A stretch of 61,446 nt of DNA, the filler included, from Choristocarpus tenellus KU-1152 (lineage: Eukaryota > Protista > Phaeophyceae): the NCBI GenBank assembly GCA_964200185.2. It is 12 parts of 12 records of this genome, joined end to end, with 100 filler letters (N's around TTAATTAATTAA, not from the genome) between each part and the next. Parts side by side here need not be neighbours in the genome. Positions count along the whole stretch, not along the records: positions 49,406 to 54,613 come from CAXNAD020011499.1; positions 54,714 to 61,446 come from CAXNAD020007471.1; 10 more parts are not named here. One strand, 5' to 3'. This document shows, piece after piece, positions 50,421 to 61,446 of this stretch. The first letter of the stretch is position 1. Each line of letters starts with the position of its first letter. A program made the position numbers and the translations under genes. Under the pieces are notes generated by a model. It did not search any database. It worked only from the letters and a program-made list of their open reading frames with translations, and was not told where the DNA came from.

Positions 50421-51934
50421 TAGCCTAAATTTATTTGCAGTCAAGAAAAAAAAAGTAAAGTTTAAGCCATGGACAAACAAAGAGATGGAGTTGACCATGC
50501 AACATCACTCAAATAACTGTTGAACAAAACAGCTGTCCTCCTGAAAAAATAAAAAAAATGAAATGAAATATCATAAAAACAAGTGTGCAAGAGTCATTTG
50601 GAAAAAATGAGTTCGGGTCTTCTCCGTTCATCGTACATAATAAGTACACATATACAAAGAAAAATCACCTTATCATAAGTTGATATTGGTAAACAAACAT
50701 CCATGTCAAAATATATACATACATATATATATATTGATATATATATTGAATAACACAACCACATTTGATTCGTTCATATAATAATCCCCTCCCACATTTT
50801 CCTTATTTATGTGCGAAAAAATATCACTTGACCTTTTTGAAGATATGATAAATACACTGCAAGCTGTTTCATACCCAAAATATCAAACCAATATCGTGTA
50901 AAGAATAGAACATCTAGTAGATGTTCTAGGACATAATAGACTAGTCAGTATGTCAAACATGCAACTTGACTAAGAATTAGAATTATACCTTCTACTATCT
51001 CTTGCCATTGTATAGTTCTTGTGGAGATGCCCGAATAGGACAGTGATCTCCTCAAAAGAATCTTACACTTATTTCTTAAATTGCATTATCGCACATTAGG
51101 TTGGTCTTCTCAACCCACGGTTAGAGGCAACAAAAAAATCAAAATTGTCCAAAAAAAGAAAACGCCCAAACAAGAGAACTTGATTACAGTACCAACCTGT
51201 CTAGGCAGGTGCACAGTCAGTTCCGGTAGACATTATCACCAATAACATGGTCCAACACACCTCTACGCCATACGAAAAAATAGAAACAACAAACAACTCA
51301 AAATCAGAAACCCACAACAAGATCGACCTCAATCTAATAAGACCTAAACAGGTACTATAGCCAATCAGCAACCAAAAAACGATTTTCTAGACTATCGAAT
51401 CCACAACAAAATTGAATTTGTGCTCAAATGTGCTCAAGACACTATCTGGTATATAAGTACTTGGAAAGAGAGTAAAATACACCAGTTTCCTGCTTATATC
51501 TCATCCATAACCCACTTCCAACCCCCCTACAACAATAGATGATGATCCCTCAATCATTTCATTGGGACGTCAACAACTACGACTACTCACCATCTACCTC
51601 TTTGCAACAAACTAATCATCAAACATCCATATATTTTACAAAAACTTTTAATCGCACCTCACCCTACAGTGAAAAAGCTAACCTACCCAACAAACTAAAA
51701 AAAAAAATACACCAGAATATATAAAGAGGCGGGGGGGAGAAGTTAGAGAGATACAATGCGCCAAACCCATCCCCTTCTTCCGCCTCAAAAAGTGTCTCCT
51801 ACACCCAACCCTCTCCTCTGCCCACCAGCAATGGCCCTATACTAGTATCACAACTCAAGATGACGTGCACTCTGTTCAACCAGACATGCCCAACTACACA
51901 AAATTCAAACAACAAGAACATATGTTCGCAGATA

Positions 51935-52717
51935 TCAATGCAATGCTGACACCCCTGCTCGCCAGGTGGGGACAGCACGTCCTTGGAAGCGGAGGTCTCG
52001 ACCAGAGTTGGCTATCCCACCACTGTGGGCAGGTTGCGATGCTCGTTCAAAGTAAAGGTCGTCCAGCATTTCTGGGTCTAATTGTCGCTCCTTAGAGGCC
52101 TGTGAATGGTGTTTTAATCCGGTTGAGGTGAGATGCAGTGAAGGAGAGACAGAATAGTAACAGAAATATCCACTAGAATTATTATTATTATTATTATTAT
52201 AAATGTGCAGTTCAAGGTGATGTAGAGAAACATATACTGATAATGTTTCATAACATCACTTTTAAGGCACCTTAATTCAAGGGGTATGTTTCTACTCTCA
52301 AATACTCTTTTGACATGGAAAAAAAAAAATAGCCTTGTGAGACAAAAAATAATAATACAGGGATTCCTTGGATGAAAAAACAATCAGGAGTCACATCACG
52401 TCTCAAAAAAGGGCGTACCATTACAGCAACAAACATGTCATGGCACCCCGCCTGCCAATTTGAGACCAACCTTGGTTGCACGCATGAGTCGATTCCTATC
52501 GGAGCGAACACTAGCCCACTGCCCCCCTGCTGCCCTCTTAATCCTCTCCTCAGCTGCTGAAGTCGCCTGCCCCCTTTCCTTGACCTCAAGGCACCTCCTC
52601 CTAGCATTTTCCATGTCGCGCTTCACACGAGCTTCCAGATCCGCCTGCAACAGGACATTATTGGGGGGTAGGGGAGGAAGTAAAGGGTAGGTAAGGAGGG
52701 GGGGGGGAGGGAGGGGG

Positions 52718-52749
<32 letters not shown>

Positions 52750-54353
52750 AGGAATGGGTGAAAAAAGAAAGATAATGGAACGAACGAGCATTATCTGCCT
52801 TGGAGTGTGTATTATGTCAAGTGCTGCACACCAGATTCTTTCATGACCCTGGAGTGCATTGATGTGCTCCAGCCCCCAACTCATACCAAGAACTCCACAT
52901 GCAGGTACAAAATTGGGGGACTGTCAGTGTAACAAAGGCAAACGATGCATACAGAAAAGCTACAGCAGACAGCATCACGACTTGCTCTAAAGATACATAG
53001 ACCTACATGCATCTCTACACCTGCACCTCTATCTTCAGAGCCTTGCCTAGTCCCCAACTGTGTGTGTCTTTATGAATAGGCACGGGCCCTGCCTGGGGAA
53101 CTACATACAATCCAACCCCTACACGCCCTAACCATACTGTCAAAGGATGCAGTCTCCTAAACCAAACCCTCTCGCTGACTGTACACTAGTACAGATAGTA
53201 CAGATAGATACAAACACAAAAACTCATTGTCACACATCCCCCTCCCCCAATGCAATACTATCCCACCAACCTGCGAGTGGCGCCGCTGCTCCTGCTGTAG
53301 CATACGCTTCACACCCTCTCTCCTCCTCTCCTCCTTGTCCCTCTCCATTCGATAGACAGCCAGCTTCTCGTGGACTTGTCGTTGACGCCTCCGTGCCTGG
53401 AACACCCACATTAGTCCAAGCAACAGTACCAATAGGTTCAAGGACAAGAGAAGTGGAGTGACGGGCTGAGTAAATAAGGGAGCAGATAGGTGGAGCAATA
53501 GGGATGCATGATGGTGCTGCTGAAAGAGAGGCCCTGGAGTGTGTTGACGCAGAGATTGTTGCTGGACAGCAAAGAAAGCTAAATAGATCAAGTTACAAAA
53601 AAGATAAATCGCATGCTTATTAGCTGTTCTCCTGGTCCAGGACAACAATTGAAAAGTCCTGTCCATTGTAATTGTACCACATAGTCTCATATTTTTACAA
53701 GGGGGGAAAAGAACTAGTGTAGAAGATTGAATTGTACTTGAAATATGCCTTATAGCAATACAACTCCATGTCATTATATCCTTACTGCCTGAAGTACCAT
53801 CTACACAATGCGCACATCCTCACGCAAGCATGCCTTCCCAGGTGCAAATGCCCTTCACAGTAGTATTGTTGGCAGGTCTAACGCTCAATAAAAAAAGTGT
53901 ACTGGTGAACACAGTTGACACCATTGCTAGCAACATCGAGGTATGTAAATACGACACTTCTCTTTTGTTGTATGGATATTTGGTTGCATATCCACCGCCT
54001 TGTACAAAAATTTAGCACCTTATGTTTCACTTCCCAGATTCAAAGACAAAGGGTTTTATTCGTGCCCATCTGCTCTTCAAAGTTCAAAAAATCCGAAACA
54101 CACCAACTAACAATTCAAAAAAAAAAATCACTAAAGAACCTGTTAGGGTGACATAGCTTTAAACCACCACTTAATGCCCAGAGGACACTCACAACAGAGG
54201 TGCAACCACAAATCCCCAAGGCTCACATAAAGACATAATCCTAAACCACTAAAGTACCTCTTCAGCTTTTGCTTCCTGTGACTCCCTTTGACGCTCCCCC
54301 TCCAACCTGCGCTTTGCCTCCTCTGCTTCTTTTTGTGCCTTCCATGCCTCCAC
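51935..54353 (-). CDS. 3' part of a CCDC112-like coiled-coil protein; exons 54353-54258, 53396-53271, 52644-52471, 52099-51935
   Basis: Four phase-0 exons giving VEAWKAQKE, charged coiled coil, SDRNRLMRATKASKER and C-terminal RAVPTWRAG*, similar to the CCDC112 motifs DPSRLYKPTK and RAIPTWRQG (from memory). Confidence 0.72.
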
Positions 54354-55581
54354 CTGTGTCAATGTCATCACCAGAACTTTGTCAGTTTTCTATCCATCAA
54401 GATATACCACAGAATGGGTTCAGAGCTAAACCATACAGCATAGATCTTCTATTGCAACAGTCAACAGGGGGAATAATCCTACAAAGATTTGTGCTGGAAG
54501 AATTTATCCCTACAGTAAGTGTTACTGGCTGTGTCTGATGGGGAGATGGGGGGAGGGGGGGGGGGGGGCACGAAGAATAATATTAAACATAAAAAAAAGA
54601 AATAAAAGCAGAANNNNNNNNNNNNNNNNNNNNNNNNNNNNNNNNNNNNNNNNNNNNTTAATTAATTAANNNNNNNNNNNNNNNNNNNNNNNNNNNNNNN
54701 NNNNNNNNNNNNNGCCCTTACAAACCACCCCCCCCCCTGATACTTTGACCCAGGAGTCTGCCAGATTAGTGGATATGTTGGGAGTCACTCTGTTGTTAAC
54801 GCTCTATGTTGATCTCCTTCCAGGTACTGGTAGAATCTAGCTTGTTCCACACGAAAAATGTGTCCTTCCATCTTCCTGGCATAGGTGTCAAGAAATCTCC
54901 GGAAGGTGGACGCCTTCACTTGTTCGAGTCAAAAATGGAAAACGGGGCATGACACATACACCATATATACGTGTGTGTTGGTTCACCTCTGTTGTGTGTG
55001 CATTTTTTTTGCAGGCTTCTTTTTGCCAAGGGCTCGAGATGCGTTGGCCAAGGTGACGAATGTGATCGTGATAGGGTGCAAGGCATTTGGACTGGACTGA
55101 TCGTGTCTGTGATGGAGATGGGGACCATCTGCCTGTGGGTCCCTTGTCAACCACCAGGAAAAATGCAGATCGATGCTGCAGGTCAAGGGTAGAAGCAGAC
55201 GGATAAGTTTGTTTTGTCTCGGAAGCTCAATCAGTGATGATGCTGCTTCCACCACGGACATCCACCAAAGGATCCAAGAAGAATGGAGGCGGCTAATGAA
55301 GTACTATCTAGTACCATCAACTATACAACTGAACAGTTGGTATTTTTCTTGAGCTGAAGAATCGGATGCTCAAGGTCGAAGTACTTGAAGTTGTGCTACA
55401 TGGTTGTCTGCTGCATAGCGTGGACACTCAGAAGAGATCAGCCAGCTTTGAATCCGACGATGCAAGTCTGCATCAGGTTCCATTAGCAAACGGAAAACTT
55501 ACCTTGATTGTGAGGACTGTGTAAGAGAGCACCATGGCGAATACATGCAACAGAGACTGCTATTTACGGGTTTTATGGATG

Positions 55582-55764
55582 GGCTCAAAGTATCTTGGGG
55601 GGGAGTGTGGCGGCTATCCATTTGGGGCCAATATTTTCATGTCGAGATTTTTGGGTGATTTGGTTGCATACGTCGGATGGATAAATGTAGGTGCACTTTT
55701 CCTGCTTTTGGTCCAAATGGACACCCTGGCGTAGAACCCCCTCCCCCTGCAGACACTTTGGGTC
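55582..55764 (-). mobile_element. MITE family A copy, TSD ATG
   Basis: ATG|GGCTCAAAGTATCT ... AGACACTTTGGGTC|ATG; reverse orientation relative to 19494 and 59095. Confidence 0.88.
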
Positions 55765-56224
55765 ATGGCATGAGATAGACGTTGCCTGCTTTACTGAGAG
55801 TTTTGGGACCTAGTGGGAAAGAAACTAAAGGGGTATTAATTGGAACCTCAAGATGACTTTGAGAGTTTGAAGATGCCGACTAAGAAGCATGGTGTACCTG
55901 CAGAAGATGATCTGATTGGATAACACATGTGTGTGGAGGATGAGGTCAAACATTTAACGGATGTTTGGTGTTATTCTCCGAACGGCAAAGCAGTCGGAGC
56001 TCGCCACATGAAAGTGCTCACCGTCAGTAAAAAAATATTTTGACACTACTGTATGTGGAGCTTTGGGTTGGGTATGGGGTCTGGCCAAGGATACCCCTCT
56101 TGGTGCTGGTGGTATTTGCACTCTGAAGTACATTTGTGTTGCTGGTGATAGGTGGGTGCATGGGAATTGATCTGATTCTTCTGACAAGTTAAACAAATGC
56201 GATAGATACAATCTTTCTCACCCA

Positions 56225-56680
56225 CCCACACTTTCGATTGCTCCCGACCAACTAGGATGCTGGCGGGGGGGGAGATCAAGTTCGTGTAGATGTCCCCTAG
56301 TCCAAAGACGCAGCATTAAAGTGGATGTTGAAGGGGTGTTCTTGGATGACTGTGGAGTGGTGTTGTTGAGTGGTGTGATGGAGTGGGAAAGTGCTCTGGT
56401 GTCGAGTGATGTTGAATGGCGTGGTGGAGTGTAAAGCGGTGTAAATTATTGCGGGGTTGAGTAGTGTTGAATGGTGCGGTGGGGTGGAAGTGTTTCAAAG
56501 TGTTGTAGGGTTGAGTGGGGTTGAAGGGTGGGGTTGAAGGGTGGGGTGGTGACTGGGAATCAGTGGCGAAGGGATCGCACTGATTGGTCATCGGATGGGG
56601 TTGGCGACTGGAAATCAATGGCGAAGGGGTTGCACTGGTTGATCATCAGATGTGGTTGGTGACCGTAAATCAGTGACGGA
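56225..56680 (-). repeat. Second copy of the dispersed repeat at 29725-30160
   Basis: Shared tandem unit and shared CATCCAAGAACACCCCTTCA..ACATCTAC..CAGCATCC flank. Confidence 0.78.
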
Positions 56681-59094
56681 GGTGGTCAATTGGATGAATG
56701 GTAACAAAATGATCATTCATAATAATCCAGAATTCGTGACCAAAGTAAAATTGAATTTGTATGTCATTCATACGTGTGGGACGGAATTACGTTGGAATTT
56801 TCTGATGCATGATGTAGTTTGTCTCTGTTGCGGATCTGGTTGAAATGAGAGGTTCAATCTGGCGCGGTGTAAATGTACTCTCATACTATCCGCATTTTAA
56901 GGCGAATAGAGGGGACCATGTTGTGTTTGTGTGCCTGTACCACCCTGTCTGCGACGATGTTTGTGTTTAGGTTGTTTAACCACTACTAGATGCGTACCCC
57001 CTTTCCACCCAATCGTAAGTTAGGTCAAGTAACATATTAATTTTGAGGCTTTGACAACCCATGACCTTCCATGACTTCTTAAAGATGGTGTTTTGTGGAT
57101 CTTGTATCATAGGAGAGAGTATGTTTGTGGTCAAGCTATAATAGGGCCTTATCGCACTTGATTCTGAAACTCTCTACAAAGGCAATTAATACTTCTAATC
57201 CCTAAATAGCAGATATGGGTTATCATTGTTAGAGCCGTATGAACTAGAAGTGCATTGAATTGTTTCCGTAATTTATGTTTCACAACTTACGTCTGCCAGT
57301 AGATTGGGAATTGGAAGTATTATATTGTGATATTCCGTAGGACTACCTTGTTGAAAACTGAGTTTATGAGATTGTGTAGCTTTTAGTCGTTGGTTATTGG
57401 ACTTGCTGAGGGGTGGAAACGGGTGTCATCTTGATCTTACATTAATCAACAGATCAATTGGTTCGTGCACGTAGTCAGTCATAATACGCTGAAAAAAGGT
57501 TTGTTGTCTGATCGATCTAAACTTGGTTTTCCTCGGAAAGAAGTAGTTAGGGCGTGATATCTACTCCTTCGGAGTATATCCATGTCTAACAGGGGTCTGA
57601 CGTGTGCATTCTTTATAGCAAGAGAGGACAGTAGGTCAAAATATAAAATTTAGCCATAATATAATTGGCACCAGTATGGAGGCAAATGGTTATGGATGGT
57701 TGATCTTATTGATGAAAATGATCCGTCCAATGTTATCAAGTAATACGTAGTATGAAATGTTAGGTACATTCTTATGGGACTATTGCCAACAAAGTCAACA
57801 AATAATTACGGTGTTCACCGCAATTGAAAAGTAGTTACACTCTACATGCTGTTATCAAGTAGGATATATTATATATATATGTATATATGTCCAATTTTGA
57901 AATGCTCATGTTACATTTCCAGGATTCCCGACATGGATTACCACTTGTACATTAGAGTGACAGAATTGTTCCTCGAAATGAGGCCCATTGAGCAACTCTT
58001 TCTTTTCTGAGATAACAAAGTAGAATTAACAAGCTAGAGTTAGGAGACGCTTGATATCAACCGTGTTGGAGAAAGCTATTGTAGACCTTGCGTGGAAGGA
58101 TAGGGGATAGGGGGGTAAAGTGATGTGGTTTGGACTGGGAGCCTCATTATTCTTCTTGGGTAGGACATCAGAATTACAGCCGCATCACGGTATGTATATA
58201 TACAACTTATTTAAAACTTGGTAAGGGAGTTATGTGGTGTTGTAGATGGAATCAAGAAGATAAAATGTGCGAAAAATAATACAACGTAGGGTCGAAATAT
58301 CTTTAGAGGATCAAAGGGAGGCCAAGGAAGAAGAGAATCAGTAGGAGTGAGACACAGGATCATAAAGAGAATTGAGAAAGGGAAGCATCTGAGGTTGGAC
58401 TAAGCTTGATAGAGTATTATCCAGAAATTACTGCCAGTGACGCGAACAAGTGGATATTCGATAAGGAGTAAGGTAATGGTATGGGCTTGTTGTAGCCAGG
58501 CAATGTTCGTATTCATCAGAGTGTCAGGGTAGTCTGGATTTGGTTTAATTTGAAAAATGTACAGTAATCTGAGAGGATGGATTGGGCAACGTGGTGAGCA
58601 GAAACTGGAACACCTGAGTTTGTATTTTAGAAGTAGAGGAGATGAAAATCCGAGCGAATTTACACATAAGTAAAATTCAATTGTATGGATACAGTCAGAT
58701 TATTCAAAGGACCTGAACTGAAGGACCCGAACTGAATATTACAATTTGTCAAAAAACAATGAAAATCATCAATCTACAAGGGCATGGCGTTTTTCACGTG
58801 GTGGATGCCTCCTAAGTAAGAATTGATAGAACAAACCAAGAAATAATTATGTTCTAGTAAGGCGCCAGACTGAGGGAAAGGGGAAGGAAATTAATTGAGC
58901 CAAATCAAAGAAGGGATAGGCAGGATTGGATCCTTTTTCATTCTAAACGGTATTTCTTACCCTGTGAAATGCACCCTATTAAATTTCTTTACGTGCGCAA
59001 TAGTGTACGCAAAAATTACATTCCTCCTTTCCACACACAAAGCGACACATTCAAAGTGACAGCACAATTCAGCAAACGCCCCTTCTGCAATTGT

Positions 59095-59274
59095 GACACA
59101 AAGTATCTGAGGGGGGGGGGGGAGTCTACACCAGGGTATCCATTTGGACCAAAATCAGGAAAAAGTACATTTAAACTATCATTCGGACCTATGCAACCAA
59201 ATAACCCAAAAATCGGGACATGAAAAATTTGACCCCAAAAGGACTGCCGCCACCCCCCCCAGATACTTTGAACC
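59095..59274 (+). mobile_element. MITE family A copy, TSD TGT
   Basis: TGT|GACACAAAGTATCT ... AGATACTTTGAACC|TGT. Confidence 0.88.
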
Positions 59275-61446
59275 TGTTTTGTACGCAATGGCATATATTT
59301 TTGCACCTTCTCTGGATCCTTAAAAATGCGTTCCTGCTTTCCTCTCAGTTGGTTTGACTAGGTTGGTTGGATTGAAATACGCTTTGCATTTGGTATTTTA
59401 CAAGGGGCTGTTGGACTACCAAAGATAAGGGTAGAACTTGAAGTGGAACAAGAGGAGATGGAAGTTTGACGAGGGGAGTTGCTGTCGTAACAAGTAATGC
59501 ATAATAATGTGTATAAGGACCTTGCAGAAGCCGGAAGGCGAAATAAAATAGATAGATGAAGCCAGCATCCACAGCTTATATCTACACCAATCACACCCAC
59601 TCATTTTCAATAGGAGTATACACAATTTACATGTTGTCCTTCCAATCTCTCGTAAGACCTTCCTCACGTCCACACCTACTCACAGAAGCAGAATTCAATG
59701 TCGTTAAGGAACGACTTTACCTATCGATTGAGGCAAGGCTTTCCCTCTGACACATCTGCAAAATGTCAGAAGGGCATAATAATATATAACGAGGCAATTG
59801 ATGTATAAGGGAAGTTGGCTGAAGGAGAAATAACACCGTGATGATAAATCTACAAGTTAAGAAACAAAGTGCTTGGAAGGCAGGGTACCAAACATAGAAA
59901 AAAACTTTGCCCCGACAATTTTGAGGATATAAATTGTAGATTTCTATCGATTGGAATTGTAGCCAGGTTTCTACGGGAAAGAGAACAGTGCCTACCGCTG
60001 ATGTCTTTCTCTCCTTCTCACAAGAAATCGAGTGAGGAGTGGTGGGTAGTGGTTAGAGGTGCCACATTGTCAGTGCCCAACACCCACTACCCATTATGGT
60101 GCCACCTCCCACAACTGAAAGGAGTTGCATTTTTTGTATGGGATGCAAGAAGATTCCACACAACCTCATCATCACGAATGCAAACGCTTTACGTGTGCGA
60201 GGATTCATTTTTTTTTTGTGAAGGGTTGTTCTCTGTATTGCGAACGGAATTTTGTGGAGGGTGGAAACGGACTCTGGTCGAGAGTTCAGGCCAAGGCTAG
60301 CCCATCTCCCAACACTAGAAGTTCTTTGAACATCACCCCATCATGCCACTCTTCCTGGACGAGATGATGACCAAAAACAATTCGCCTCCTGCAGGACCCT
60401 CAACAAACAGGGGGAGTTTCATGCTCATAGCGGGCTCTACCCTCATAAAGTGACTCATTCAAGCTAATGATTGATCTTTCAGCCATTCTGTCAGTGGTGA
60501 CACACTTTTTTTATTCCGCACCCTCTTTCTGGAATGAAGAAAGTTAGACAAAAGAAACGATGCTTATTTGTTGTAGTAGTTGCGTAGTGGATTAGTAGCA
60601 GAGGAAATAAATTACATACTATGTTCAACTACAACGAAGGGGTAAGAGAGGTGTTATTTGTTTTCAGAAATGAGTAGTAACACCTAATCAATGTGAAATC
60701 ATATCCCACAATAAGTAACATCTTCGCAATGGTGGACACTTGCGGAATCTAATTGATATGGTAAATTCCAGTGGAGTTGACGAATAATATGATTGAGTCT
60801 CAGAAATAGGAACTGGATAGATAATAGGCAATTTGTAGGATAGGATAGGAAAATTACGATCTGTGACCTGGTACACTTCCAACTATAACCCAATCATTTG
60901 ATGGAGTAATCATCACCCAACCTAGGTGGATTGTGTTTGTGATGGGTGGGCTCAAGTTTGGAAGTTTTGTAATGAATGAGTAATGGAGTATTCCTCCTAA
61001 TAATTTATTAGACGGAATCCTGATAAGTACTGAATTAGTTACTGTTGAGTGGAATGAGTTGGCAGTTGACTGTGGTGGTGTGGATTACTCCCAGTTTGGG
61101 GTGGTGATACGTGGGTTTTGATATGTGGAATTGTAAATGGGTTATGATGTTGGAATATTCACAACAAAAACAACACGTAGTTTGTTTGGGTATAGATATT
61201 TTTTTTTACAAGTGGGGTGAATAATTTTGAGTAGGTTCTCTGATGGAAGAGATGTCACGTTGAGTGCGGTATTATCCTCCAACACTATCCAGGATTGGAA
61301 GCAAACTCTTGGGCGCAGTGTTTTGGTGAGGGATTGGAAAGTGCAAGGATTATTTCGTGGTGTTAATTAAACGGAAAGGTGTGGAAAGCATGTTTGTCTG
61401 TTATTATACCGTTATTGCCGTATGCCATATACCGTTATACCGTGGT

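Noticed and set aside
3457-54713. Regularly recurring TTAATTAATTAA palindrome as a biological repeat or CRISPR-like array
   Set aside because: It is always centred in exactly 44+44 N, so it is a synthetic six-frame-stop linker.
56700-61446. AT-rich stretch possibly derived from a LINE or endogenous virus (PLSPIL-like peptide near 58110 on minus)
   Set aside because: No sustained frame and no second motif to support it.

Overview
Eukaryotic, intron-rich nuclear DNA; a flagellated stramenopile, possibly brown-alga-like, is an inference from gene and TE content and is not proven. The window is not one locus. It is 12 unrelated small contigs joined by an artificial 100-bp linker (44 N + TTAATTAATTAA + 44 N) at 3457-3556, 10264-10363, 19193-19292, 22685-22784, 26373-26472, 29625-29724, 34237-34336, 38022-38121, 43807-43906, 49306-49405 and 54614-54713. 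Most of the supplied ORFs are spurious, so I rebuilt spliced genes by hand from splice sites and phase consistency. Genes found: a PHD/EGLN-like 2OG-Fe(II) oxygenase domain with substituted catalytic residues; an RlmN/Cfr-like radical SAM methyltransferase head-to-head with an OTUD6-like deubiquitinase; an apparently complete 9-exon PIGW/GWT1; a protein with six repeated aromatic-x-x-hydrophobic acidic motifs; an RRM-like protein; SERINC; an SLC35B2-like PAPS transporter; TMEM260 head-to-head with NPRL3; and a CCDC112-like gene. Mobile DNA includes a decayed DD39D-like mariner transposase, a deleted chromovirus integrase, several MITE families sharing a CAAAGTATCT-containing terminus with 3-bp TSDs, a foldback element, and a putative LTR followed by an unusually long (~34 nt) copy of a mature tRNA-Ser 3' end. 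I cannot support a new multi-gene system here. The best leads are the pseudo-oxygenase, the repeat-motif protein, the extended tRNA copy and the MITE group.
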